A stretch of 26,388 nt of DNA from positions 1 through 26,388 of the IMG/VR virus record IMGVR_UViG_3300009179_000231, one strand, 5' to 3'. This document shows, piece after piece, positions 1 to 8,509 of the stretch; position 1 is the first letter of the stretch; each line of letters starts with the position of its first letter. Source of the stretch: a virus (Duplodnaviria > Caudoviricetes). A model generated the notes under the pieces. That model saw only the letters and a program-made list of their open reading frames with translations, was not told the DNA's origin and did no database searches. Both the position numbers and the translations under genes were made by a program.

Positions 1-77
1 ACATCATCGGGAGCATCGGGGTATCTATGAAACCCCGCGCGTTGAAAAGTGACCCAGATTATCTTTCTATTCGCCAT
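1..77 (-). CDS. 5' end of a phage QueD-like / 6-pyruvoyl-tetrahydropterin-synthase-like (T-fold) protein, truncated by the window edge
   Basis: Manual translation from ATG at 77: MANRKIIWVTFQRAGFHRYPDAPDD. The IWVTFxxxGxHxYPxA pattern matches, from recall, the N-terminus of the QueD-like protein found beside folE in T4-like phages. It starts 3 bp after the folE stop. Confidence 0.6.
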   Translation of the reverse strand, partial: MANRKIIWVTFQRAGFHRYPDAPDD

Positions 78-80
78 GTC

Positions 81-755
81 TTAAAACCCTTGTGATTTGA
101 TCAGATTGAAGAACTCGGTCTTGAGCGTATCTTCGCGCAGGGCGCCTCGCATCACACTGGTGACCATCTCGGACGCTTCTTCTTTGACGCCGCGCCATGT
201 CATGCAATGATGCTTGGCTTTGATGACCACACCGAGTCCCTTGGGATTCATGATCGACTCGAGTTCGTTAGCGAGAATGATGCTCATCTCTTCCTGGATA
301 TGCGGGCGACGGCAAACCCAATCGACGATGCGCGCTATCTTGGAGATACCGATCACCATATCCGATGGATAAACACCGACCCAGCAATACCCTTCGATTT
401 CCACGAAATGATGACTGCATGCACTCTTCACCTTGATAGGACCAAGTGTATAAAGCTCATCCAGATCCTTGATGTTCGGGAACACCGTAATATCGGGTCG
501 CTTCTGATATCGCCCGGCGAAGACTTCATCGACATACATCTTGGCGACTCTTCGAGCCGTGTCGTGAGTGTTATGATCGTTATCGACATCGATAACTAAA
601 CTCTTCAGAAGTTCCAGAACCCTCTGTTCCACCTCTACTTTTAGATCGGCGATGTCATTCGGCTCAAGAACTTTTGAAATGTTATCGTTAGCGTGGAACG
701 GAAGGTTTGATTTTTGTAATTTCTGAACGATTCTTTCTGATGGCAGCAACGGCAT
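81..755 (-). CDS. folE: GTP cyclohydrolase I
   Basis: Motifs TARRVAKMY, SACSHHF (Zn ligands), IGISKIARIVD, RPHIQEEM and HHCMTWRGV. SD GGAGG lies upstream (763-767). Confidence 0.97.
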   Translation of the reverse strand: MPLLPSERIVQKLQKSNLPFHANDNISKVLEPNDIADLKVEVEQRVLELLKSLVIDVDNDHNTHDTARRVAKMYVDEVFAGRYQKRPDITVFPNIKDLDELYTLGPIKVKSACSHHFVEIEGYCWVGVYPSDMVIGISKIARIVDWVCRRPHIQEEMSIILANELESIMNPKGLGVVIKAKHHCMTWRGVKEEASEMVTSVMRGALREDTLKTEFFNLIKSQGF

Positions 756-784
756 AGACGTACCTCCTTTTGGTTGTTATTAGT

Positions 785-1108
785 TTACAACATCTCCGCC
801 GGATTGTCAAGTGCACCGAGATTGTGCGCATCAACAAAATCGGTCATGATTTTTTCGAGAATACCATGAGCCGTTTCCTTGATCATCTTGGTCTGCTCGT
901 CTGTTATCGTGGTAGGCAGATAGTCTTTGTGGATATCGATGTTGAGATCGTAAGAGATACCGACACCATCGGATTGATAATCGAATTCGATTTTATGAAA
1001 GTGGAAGATATAGCCCAAGAACCTGGGATCATCGACGATGACAACTTTGATGCCCAGACCATCGTCCATAGAAACATCGACAATTTCGAATTTAGGGATC
1101 ATAATCAT
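785..1108 (-). CDS. conserved T4-like hypothetical protein (position resembles the gp40-like gene after uvsX)
   Basis: 107-aa ORF packed between neighbours with an ATGA overlap. Function is inferred from position only. Confidence 0.6.
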   Translation of the reverse strand: MIMIPKFEIVDVSMDDGLGIKVVIVDDPRFLGYIFHFHKIEFDYQSDGVGISYDLNIDIHKDYLPTTITDEQTKMIKETAHGILEKIMTDFVDAHNLGALDNPAEML

Positions 1109-1368
1109 TCCTGCAATAAGCTGAAGTTGGTCCCGAGAGGCTTGACTTCTTTGATGTTATCGGCGTAGAAGCTCCTCCACCCTTTGGCTTCGGTATCGTA
1201 AACCGTGATAAGAGTTTCAGGTCGTGATGATTTTCTCTGGTCCAGATTTTCGGTTTTGGGTGCATTAGCGGTGCATCTCATCGTTCTAATCGAGCCATCG
1301 GTCTTCTTCTCGAATGTCACCTCGAGATCACCTTCTTCAAGTTTCTGGTAAAATTCGTCTCTATTCAT
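1105..1368 (-). CDS. WYL-like / SH3-beta-barrel small protein (DUF2693-type)
   Basis: Pattern VTFEKKTDGSIRTMRCT...VYDTEAKGWRSF. The likely start is ATG at 1368 (MNRDEF), with an SD-like GAGGA upstream and overlap with the uvsX end. Confidence 0.75.
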   Translation of the reverse strand: MNRDEFYQKLEEGDLEVTFEKKTDGSIRTMRCTANAPKTENLDQRKSSRPETLITVYDTEAKGWRSFYADNIKEVKPLGTNFSLLQE

Positions 1369-2413
1369 CGTTGAGTTCCTCATAAATTGCAGTTTCATCT
1401 TCTACGGAGGCGACTCCGTACTTAAAGTTCTTCTGGACATAGTTCTCTATGATGTCCAGGATATCGGTTGTGAAAAACTTCTCAGGGTTTCTTTCGATAG
1501 CCTTCTCGAAATACTTCTTACCATCAGGCATCTCATACTTGGTTGACACTTTCTTGAAGGCTCCACTCTTCTCCGCCAAATCAATCAACCCGAAGTATCT
1601 ATCGAGTCCACCACTGAAGCGAATCAGAGTCTTAACCTTGAGACCCTCTCTGGTTAAACGGCTCTTGACTACGGTACAGGAAATGACGGACCCGATTACT
1701 TCGTCGCCGTCTTTCTCTTTGGCTTTGGTGAGCGATACGGTGATGCTGCTGGCATACTTCGATCCCGAACCACCCCCTTGCTCTTTGCCCGCATAAGGCC
1801 CAGCCCCTATCTTATCGTAGACGTGATTGGTGAAGATCATAGGGATGTTAGCCATTCCCAGCTTCAGAGCGAGAACCCTAAAAGAGGCTTTGATGATTTG
1901 GGCTCGTGTCATGTCCTTCGTGTCCGAACCCGCCGCCGAGTCTTCCATCTCTTTGTTGGTCGAGAGGTTGCCCAGACTATCCAAGACGAATAGCATCGGC
2001 ATGTCTTCCTTCTCCTTGAGCTTCTCGTCCACGATTCGTAGAGCTTGATTCTTGAACTCCTGTACGGTCGCCACCGGCAGATGAACGAATCGATCCAGAG
2101 CGATACCTCTACCTGACAGTATCTCCTTCGTCAGAGCGTTCTCGGTTTCAAAGTAAACGACGGCACCGTTAGGATTCATCTCGAGGAAGTTCTTGCAAGC
2201 GGCGAGCGTATAGAAAGTCTTACCTGTCGATTCCACTCCGATAAACCCCACGATCTTGTTCGACGGGAATCCCTTGAAGATAGAACCGGAGAGAATGGCA
2301 TTCAGAGCATAGGAGCCAGAATCGACCCACCCCGTAATCTCTCCGCAGATAGCATCTTCTGCGACATTGGCGTACTCGTTCTGACTGAGTTTGATGATAT
2401 CTTTGATATTCAT
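1361..2413 (-). CDS. uvsX: RecA-like recombinase UvsX
   Basis: DSGSYALNAILSG, Walker A GVESTGKT, Walker B FVLDSLGNL, DMTRAQ and GGSGSKYASS. It lies directly downstream of gp43 as in T4-like phages. Confidence 0.95.
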   Translation of the reverse strand: MNIKDIIKLSQNEYANVAEDAICGEITGWVDSGSYALNAILSGSIFKGFPSNKIVGFIGVESTGKTFYTLAACKNFLEMNPNGAVVYFETENALTKEILSGRGIALDRFVHLPVATVQEFKNQALRIVDEKLKEKEDMPMLFVLDSLGNLSTNKEMEDSAAGSDTKDMTRAQIIKASFRVLALKLGMANIPMIFTNHVYDKIGAGPYAGKEQGGGSGSKYASSITVSLTKAKEKDGDEVIGSVISCTVVKSRLTREGLKVKTLIRFSGGLDRYFGLIDLAEKSGAFKKVSTKYEMPDGKKYFEKAIERNPEKFFTTDILDIIENYVQKNFKYGVASVEDETAIYEELNDE

Positions 2414-2422
2414 TCGTGCTCC

Positions 2423-4972
2423 TTATTGGAAAAACATGTCTAAAGTATTGGTTTTTTCGGTGTTCCAACCAATGATGCTGGCCAGGGATTTCAATGGATT
2501 CAAAAACGTCTTATCGAACTGCGTCTCCTTATCGACGAATTTATCTAACTCGAAAGCAGTGGGTAAGGTATCCAGGAATGCAATGACATGCGATTGTGCC
2601 GAGTTGGGTACCTTCAGATAGACGAACTTGATCTTATCGCCGTTCTTGATCGGTGCATACTCACCCGAGTGTATCGTTTTTAGAAGTCGATTATACACCA
2701 CCGCACCCCTGACATGGATAGGGATTCCTTTCACCATAGTTCCATTCGAGGTGACCCACTTGTCCATATCGCTCACCCCTCTCGGGAAAGCGATGTCTTG
2801 CACCGATGCGGAGACAAACTCTTCTTTGAATTTCTTCACGAACCTTTGCAGTTCGTTCTCATCTCCATTCAGGATGATCTTGATCGCCTTCTCTAAACTG
2901 TCTCTGACGATGTTGGGTGTCGACGACTTGGCAGTTTCGAGCCCCATGATCTTCATCTTCGGTGTGGTGTATCGGATGCCTTCTTTGTCATACATCTGCA
3001 AGATGTAATTCTTCTTTCCTCTCCAAAGACCCTTGTCGGCAATCACTTCTCGGTTCATGCTCAATCGATTCTCGAAGGCATTGAGATAGACGGTCAGTCT
3101 TTGGAACTCCTGTGCCAGATAGGGATTGATGTACTTCTGAACGAACTTGTCCAGGAAGTTGACAATCTTCTGCTTGTCGGATTGGTCTTCGAACATCTTA
3201 TTGACGAAGTACTCGAGATTGAGCCCCGCCGAGTCGGTATCGTTGAAGATCACATAATCGACATCTTGCGTTTTGAAGAGATCGTTTAGATGAACATTCA
3301 ACCTCTTGCTGATGTACCTGATAACCAGCTGCCCCGTCGTCGTAATGCCTTCCGAGATGTCTCGCGAGTTATAACGGAAGTAGGCGTTGGCAGTGGCACC
3401 ATAAAGAGAGTTCAATGAGATCTTGTAGGCTTGCTGTTTGGCGGAGAATGTGGCAACTTCGGCTATCTTCTCTGCCAAGGTTGACGAGTCCGCACCCGAG
3501 TGCTTCATCTCCTCCAGCTCTTGAGTTGCCTTCAGCATGTGAGCCTTAAACGCTTTTCGGGAGGCGAACATGCCCGCAACCAACTCGGGAAGGATCCCTT
3601 GACTGTCTCGTTTGAACGTGGCACCATTAGCCAGCATAGCCACGTTGGCTTCTTTGATCCAACTCAAGTCTTCCTTCATGTCGATAAGATCATCGATTTT
3701 ATCGAGATCGTAGATTGCCGTCTTATACGCCTTCTCCGGACTTAGATTGAAAGACATGATGATGCTGGGATACAGCGATGTCAAATCTAAAGTGACGATC
3801 CACGAATAGAGTTTGGGTATCGGGTCTTTAACATAGGCACCGACGATAGTGGAATCGGAACTAACTTTCTTCCCGGGTGGAATTTGAATGTTCTTCTTCA
3901 GAAGTTCGTTATAGATGTAGACATCCCACCAACGAACAACCCCCATAGAATCCAAGTAATTCGATTTACCGAGATACGTCACCGTGGCTAACAGAAACAA
4001 GAAGTTGAGCTTGTTCTCCAAGTCCTCGACGATCTTTACATCCATATAATTATAATAGCAAAAAAGCTCGAAGTTCTGTTCGTACAGACCCATCAAGCCA
4101 TCGTATTCCGAGTAATCGACTTTACCGATGCTCAACTCATGACGAGCCACAACATCTAATCTATAACTCTCCAAAGTATCTGTCGAGTACTTCTTATAGA
4201 GGGGGAGGTAATCGACGATAGCGATACCCACTATTTCGAAGGAGTTGATCTTCTGCGCTTTGATCTCGTAAGGAGTGATGCACTTATCGATCGATCCGTG
4301 GAAAGGACAAAACTTCTTGGTGAAGTCTTCGCCCATCACTCTATTGCAACGATTGATTAGATAGGGTATGTCGAACCCTTCGACATTCCACCCGGTTACG
4401 ATGTTGGGACCGACTTCTCTCCAGTAGGATTGAAACGATCTTAACAGATGCTCTTCGTCGTTACACTGGACATAAGAATAGTAGTTATTGACCGTATTAG
4501 CCTTCGTTCCAAAGACTATGAAAGGGTTCTTCTCCCCCAGAACCTTACAACCTATCGCCAGGATAGGTTGTTGTGCTCTATCGGGAGTCGGGAACCCGGT
4601 GGAATCATAAGCGGTCTCCATGTCGATAACCAAAATCTTGATTTTCGAGAAATCGAAGGAGACGGTTTCCTTGTACCTATTGGCGATGAACTGATATAGG
4701 AATTGCGTCTGCCCAAAGATGTCTTGCGTATCCTGATACTCTCTTACGAACTCTCGGGCATCCGCGAGATTGTCGAAGTCGACGGGGATCAGCGGATCCC
4801 CCATCAACGACATCGCCTGAACTCTGGTCTTATTTTGCGGTCCACTCTTTACGAATAGCTGTAATGGAAACTCTTTAACGATCTCCGATTTTGATTTCCC
4901 GTCATTGTCAACATATCTGTGAAAGATACGATTGCCAATCTGCTCCACGTTGGTATAGAATGCCATCGACAT
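2423..4972 (-). CDS. gp43: family B DNA polymerase (gp43)
   Basis: ExoI IDMET, ExoII GWNVEGFDIPY, ExoIII YNYMDV, motif A DLTSLYPSII, motif B KISLNSLYG and motif C NDTDS. The C-terminal clamp-binding peptide is TLDMFF. Confidence 0.98.
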   Translation of the reverse strand: MSMAFYTNVEQIGNRIFHRYVDNDGKSKSEIVKEFPLQLFVKSGPQNKTRVQAMSLMGDPLIPVDFDNLADAREFVREYQDTQDIFGQTQFLYQFIANRYKETVSFDFSKIKILVIDMETAYDSTGFPTPDRAQQPILAIGCKVLGEKNPFIVFGTKANTVNNYYSYVQCNDEEHLLRSFQSYWREVGPNIVTGWNVEGFDIPYLINRCNRVMGEDFTKKFCPFHGSIDKCITPYEIKAQKINSFEIVGIAIVDYLPLYKKYSTDTLESYRLDVVARHELSIGKVDYSEYDGLMGLYEQNFELFCYYNYMDVKIVEDLENKLNFLFLLATVTYLGKSNYLDSMGVVRWWDVYIYNELLKKNIQIPPGKKVSSDSTIVGAYVKDPIPKLYSWIVTLDLTSLYPSIIMSFNLSPEKAYKTAIYDLDKIDDLIDMKEDLSWIKEANVAMLANGATFKRDSQGILPELVAGMFASRKAFKAHMLKATQELEEMKHSGADSSTLAEKIAEVATFSAKQQAYKISLNSLYGATANAYFRYNSRDISEGITTTGQLVIRYISKRLNVHLNDLFKTQDVDYVIFNDTDSAGLNLEYFVNKMFEDQSDKQKIVNFLDKFVQKYINPYLAQEFQRLTVYLNAFENRLSMNREVIADKGLWRGKKNYILQMYDKEGIRYTTPKMKIMGLETAKSSTPNIVRDSLEKAIKIILNGDENELQRFVKKFKEEFVSASVQDIAFPRGVSDMDKWVTSNGTMVKGIPIHVRGAVVYNRLLKTIHSGEYAPIKNGDKIKFVYLKVPNSAQSHVIAFLDTLPTAFELDKFVDKETQFDKTFLNPLKSLASIIGWNTEKTNTLDMFFQ

Positions 4973-4993
4973 CTCCTCTCATAAGTTTACCAC

Positions 4994-5022
4994 ATTATAC
5001 AACATCGTCTGGAAGATGTCAA
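4994..5022 (-). promoter_or_regulatory. perfect sigma70 promoter for gp43
   Basis: Minus strand reads TTGACA (5022-5017), a 17-bp spacer, then TATAAT (4999-4994), preceded by an extended -10 TG. Confidence 0.85.
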
Positions 5023-5300
5023 GCGCCAGGCATCGCCGTGGTTAGGACTAACCCGCTCCCGTATAGTTGGTTATAATGATTGATGAGTTCTCGCTTCGGT
5101 GTGAACAAAGCGTTGAACGCCACGTCTTTCATGTTCAGTTCGATTTGAGTCTCCTCGACCAGATGAAGAAGCGGTGCCAGTATCACTTCGGTTGCTCGAG
5201 CGATGATGAGCGCAGGATTCTTGACGACGATGCGATTCTCATCGAATTCGGAAACATCACCGATGATAAGACCCTGGGGAAGATAGAATGCTTTGATCAT
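5019..5300 (-). CDS. conserved T4-like hypothetical protein (Sm-like fold plausible)
   Basis: 93-aa ORF with SD GGAG. The C-terminal LINHYNQLYGSGLV resembles small proteins next to gp43 in T4-like phages. Confidence 0.7.
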   Translation of the reverse strand: MIKAFYLPQGLIIGDVSEFDENRIVVKNPALIIARATEVILAPLLHLVEETQIELNMKDVAFNALFTPKRELINHYNQLYGSGLVLTTAMPGA

Positions 5301-5310
5301 AAGAACTCCA

Positions 5311-6034
5311 TTAAACGACTTTGGTGCCGGTATGCCCGAATCCGCCTTCTCTGTCGGTCTTTTGCGCTATGGGTTCATCGCAGATTTCGAAGAGGGCTTT
5401 ATAAACGGGGACGATTTCCGCCTGAACTAATCGATCTCCGTGGCAGATGACTTGACGCTGTTCGCTATCGTTGAAGATAAGGACCATCGTCGGTTTGGTG
5501 AAATCTTCATCGATAACACCGACGCAGTTGGATAGTTTCAGATGCTTCTTGCCGCTGGTGCCGCTTCTCGGATAGAGGGTGAGCTTGAAGTTCTCGGGAA
5601 TGTCGAATACCAATCCGGTCGGAACGAATGCACTCTCTCCCGGCTCGATACTGAACCCTCGTTCTCCGTCTCTTTCCTTCATCGGTGCCACTGTCTTGAT
5701 AAGGTGCATCAACATCCTATTGTAGACATCGACGTAGGCAATCTCCTTTCCGAGATAAGCCGGTAAGTCGAAGCACGCGCTCTTCTGGGTATAGTATTTG
5801 GGAGTCTCTACATCTTCGTAGAGCTTATGGATCCCGGACGATCACCTTATTTCTGATACCCCAAGTCTTCGGTTCCAGGATTTTCAATGCGATGTCGAAC
5901 TCGGGTTCTTCTTCGGGTTCTGACTCGGGCTCGTTTACTTCGGCTGCTATGATTGGAGTCATGTTCAGTACACCCAAATCGGTGAAATCGGTATCTTGTG
6001 CCACGAAAGCGTTTCTAGGCTTCTGTTTTCTCAT
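5311..6034 (-). CDS. dut: trimeric dUTPase with an acidic N-terminal extension, interrupted by a +1 frameshift at CGG (5836-5834)
   Basis: Frame 0 from ATG 6034 reads ...NKVIV-CGG-GAT-CCA-TAA. The +1 frame reads GIHKLYEDVETPKYYTQKSACFDL (motif 1)...PRSG (motif 2)...GVIDEDF (motif 3)...GDRLVQA (motif 4)...REGGFGHTG (motif 5). Motif 1 lies upstream of the first ATG (5715) in that frame. The fused product is 240 aa. Confidence 0.88.
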
Positions 6035-6037
6035 ACA

Positions 6038-6485
6038 TCATTCCTCATGAGTTTTAGATTTCTTAATTTTGCCTATCGTATACTTCGCTTTACAATTCCA
6101 ATTGGGCTTTTCTGCATACGATATAACAACCACATCTGATGTCTTTTCGTTGATCTCAAACGATTTCTTCAATTTGATTAGACCCCAATCTTGCAGGAGC
6201 CAGGCTATAAGTTTGATTCTCTCGGCGTCTTCCGGAGTGAAATCTGTTTGCTTCGATCTTCCATCTAATAGAAAGAGTTGTTTGAAATGGACAATAGCAT
6301 ATTGCCCGCGTTTATGGAGGATATGCCCACTCTGCCAGAGTGTTGGTTTCTTATCACCCTCTTTTCTACTCACCAGACCGAATTCGAGTTAAGGTCTCTT
6401 TAACCTTAAAAAACGAATCACTATCGAGCGGTTCGATCCAAATAAAAGATGAGAGCAATTCTTCAGTGTCTATTGAATTTGTCAT
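6038..6485 (-). CDS. regA: translational repressor RegA, interrupted by a +1 frameshift at CGG (6380-6378)
   Basis: ATG 6485 with SD AAGGAG gives ...DSFFKVKETLTRI-CGG-TCT-GGT-GAG-TAG. The +1 frame continues GLVSRKEGDKKPTLWQSGHILHKRGQYAIVHFKQLFLLDG. Compare T4 RegA: DFLKVKETLTRMGIA...LYQSCHIL...YYIVHFKE. The fused product is 148 aa. Confidence 0.93.
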
Positions 6486-6526
6486 AGTAAATCTCCTTCA
6501 TTATTTTTATTAGAACACTAAGGTTC

Positions 6527-6958
6527 TTATCTATTTAGAGATTTAGATGACACCCTTTTCTTGGATTTCGTCTGTCTCTTAGCACCACCTTTATGAAGGT
6601 CTTTGTCTATCTGCCCCCAAAGATCCAACTGATCCATGATCGGAATGATCTCCCTAGCCTTGATAGTAGAGTAACCGTAGTACTCTTTCAACTTCTTGAT
6701 CTTCTCCTCTTCCGCGTCGTCCTTCTTAGCCCACTTCGAGAAGCGCTTCTTCTTCGTCACGCTATGGTAGTAGAATGCGAAGTTGGCTTCTTTGGGTACG
6801 CTCCAGTTTTCATTCATAGCCTGAGCGTGAAAGATCAACTCCTGAAACTGAGATAGTGCGCGGTTACCCATGAATGAAGTGTATTCCTTCATCTCATCTT
6901 CATCGGGATAGTGGTCTTTCGTATGAATGAGATTGATAACATCGAATAGCCCACTCAT
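6527..6958 (-). CDS. gp62: clamp loader small subunit (gp62)
   Basis: YTSFMGNRALSQF, AQAMN, KKKRFSKWAK, YYGYS..KA.E and a terminal KGG. It sits between gp44 and regA. Confidence 0.92.
   Translation of the reverse strand: MSGLFDVINLIHTKDHYPDEDEMKEYTSFMGNRALSQFQELIFHAQAMNENWSVPKEANFAFYYHSVTKKKRFSKWAKKDDAEEEKIKKLKEYYGYSTIKAREIIPIMDQLDLWGQIDKDLHKGGAKRQTKSKKRVSSKSLNR
6532..6539 (-). promoter_or_regulatory. putative T4-type late (gp55) promoter upstream of regA-dut
   Basis: Minus strand TCTAAATA, a 7/8 match to TATAAATA, about 46 bp upstream of the regA ATG. Confidence 0.5.
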
Positions 6959-6970
6959 GTCGGAGCCCTC

Positions 6971-7297
6971 TTAATCTTGTTCTTCGGTCTGGTCGGTTTC
7001 CGTCTCTTCCTCGAGCTGATCCTCTTCTCTTTCCCACTTGATTAACTTCGTGACATTCTCGAACGCTTGACCGACTGCATTCTCGATATCGAATTCGACG
7101 ATAACAGAAGAAGCACCGAGCAGAAGAGTGTCCATCGTATCGGACATCACGTTCTTCACAACCTTGACGACCTCTTCAATAAGCCCCTTATCGATGTCCG
7201 GCTTCTCTATCAGAACCGATCTTCCTGCTGCGTTAACCAGCTTGGAGACGATGTCCTTGACTCTAGATGTTTCCGGATGATTGATGTATAATTTCAT
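6971..7297 (-). CDS. hypothetical protein
   Basis: 108-aa ORF with SD GAGG and an acidic tail, located between gp44 and gp62. Confidence 0.7.
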   Translation of the reverse strand: MKLYINHPETSRVKDIVSKLVNAAGRSVLIEKPDIDKGLIEEVVKVVKNVMSDTMDTLLLGASSVIVEFDIENAVGQAFENVTKLIKWEREEDQLEEETETDQTEEQD

Positions 7298-7305
7298 GAT
7301 TTACC

Positions 7306-8244
7306 TCACTTAAATTTGATTGACCCCATGATTTGGGTTAGCATCGCCGTCGTTAAGATTTCGACATCGACCACGAATGCTCGCTTGTAATCGTACTCCG
7401 AAAGGATAATGACGAGTTCGGGAATATCCTGACTTTCGATGAACTCACCCATCCTATCGTAGATGGCTCGTACCAGAGTCGAGAAGTCGATGTCCGCGTT
7501 CTGTGCAACCCACTTGCGGTATTCGCCGAACTTCTTCTCCTTGACAAAGCGCATCACCTGCTTGATCGCCTCATCGCTCACGCCCGCGAGTGCCGAGACC
7601 TTCAGCTCACCGGAATGGCTATGCCTTTGCAACTCATTTAGAATCTTTCTGTAATCGGGAAAATACTTCATGACCACTTCGGCGAGGTCTTTCTTATCGA
7701 AGACGATGCCCTCACCTTCTAGGATCGCCCTCGCTCTCTTGTTGAACGCCAGAATACTCGCCGCTTTCTCCTCCTTGTTCATTACGAAGTCGATGACGGC
7801 GCAACGACTTTTGATCGGATCGATGATTCGATTGGCGTAGTTCGCTGTCAGAATAAATCGACAGTTAGAGGAGAACTCTTCAATGAAGGCACGAAGAGCG
7901 GGTTGAGCCGCGAAACTAAGATGGTCTGCCTCGTCCAAGATAACGCACTTCGTCTTCCCCTCGGCAAAGGAAATAGTCGAAGCGAAGGAGCGGATTTCCA
8001 CTCGAATCGTGTCGATACCGCCACTCTCCGAGGCATTGATGAACAGAACATCGATACCCAGCTCTCTGCAGAGCGCTTTAGCGGCGGTTGTCTTACCCGT
8101 ACCCGCTCCACCGATAAGGAGCATGTTCTGCAGCTCGCCTTTGTCGACTTGAGCTTGAAAGAAGTCTTTAAGGCGCGGCGGAAGGATACACTCATCGATA
8201 GTCTGAGGGCGATACTTTTCAACCCATAGAGTTTGTTCTCTCAT
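7306..8244 (-). CDS. gp44: clamp loader large subunit (gp44)
   Basis: LWVEKYRPQTIDECILP, Walker A GGAGTGKTT, Walker B ILDEAD, the SRC motif and YFPDYR. Confidence 0.97.
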   Translation of the reverse strand: MREQTLWVEKYRPQTIDECILPPRLKDFFQAQVDKGELQNMLLIGGAGTGKTTAAKALCRELGIDVLFINASESGGIDTIRVEIRSFASTISFAEGKTKCVILDEADHLSFAAQPALRAFIEEFSSNCRFILTANYANRIIDPIKSRCAVIDFVMNKEEKAASILAFNKRARAILEGEGIVFDKKDLAEVVMKYFPDYRKILNELQRHSHSGELKVSALAGVSDEAIKQVMRFVKEKKFGEYRKWVAQNADIDFSTLVRAIYDRMGEFIESQDIPELVIILSEYDYKRAFVVDVEILTTAMLTQIMGSIKFK

Positions 8245-8507
8245 TCAACCTCCTTAAGAGCCTCGGCTATATGTTCGGCGGTGATGTGTTTCAGAATTGC
8301 GATGATCAAGCGATCAAACTGCTTTTTAGAGAGTTTCATCAGATTCCTGTTACCGGAAACCGAGATGATGAACTCCCCATCGTAGTCTTTTTCGATTAAG
8401 ACCGTATCTTCTTTTGCATTAAAGATGCGATCCCACCCCGCTCTAAAGGCGTCCGTAGCCGCCTTGGAGGTGATGGGAGCGCCGGTGATGTCGTTCTTTG
8501 CAACCAT
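8241..8507 (-). CDS. hypothetical phage protein
   Basis: The likely start is ATG 8507 (SD GAGG). The N-terminal KNDITG...GWDRIF motif is seen in small phage proteins. Confidence 0.7.
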   Translation of the reverse strand: MVAKNDITGAPITSKAATDAFRAGWDRIFNAKEDTVLIEKDYDGEFIISVSGNRNLMKLSKKQFDRLIIAILKHITAEHIAEALKEVE

Positions 8508-8509
8508 GT

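Noticed and set aside
777-784. Possible late promoter upstream of folE
   Set aside because: The sequence reads CTAATAA on the minus strand, lacking the TAAATA core.
2423-4972. Intein or intron in gp43 or other core genes
   Set aside because: Lengths are typical and the motifs are contiguous. No homing-endonuclease or splice motifs were seen.
5825-6034. The 69-aa ORF as an independent hypothetical gene, and 5311-5715 or 6038-6373 as complete genes
   Set aside because: These are fragments. dUTPase motif 1 and the RegA N-terminal KVKETLTR motif lie outside the annotated ORFs.
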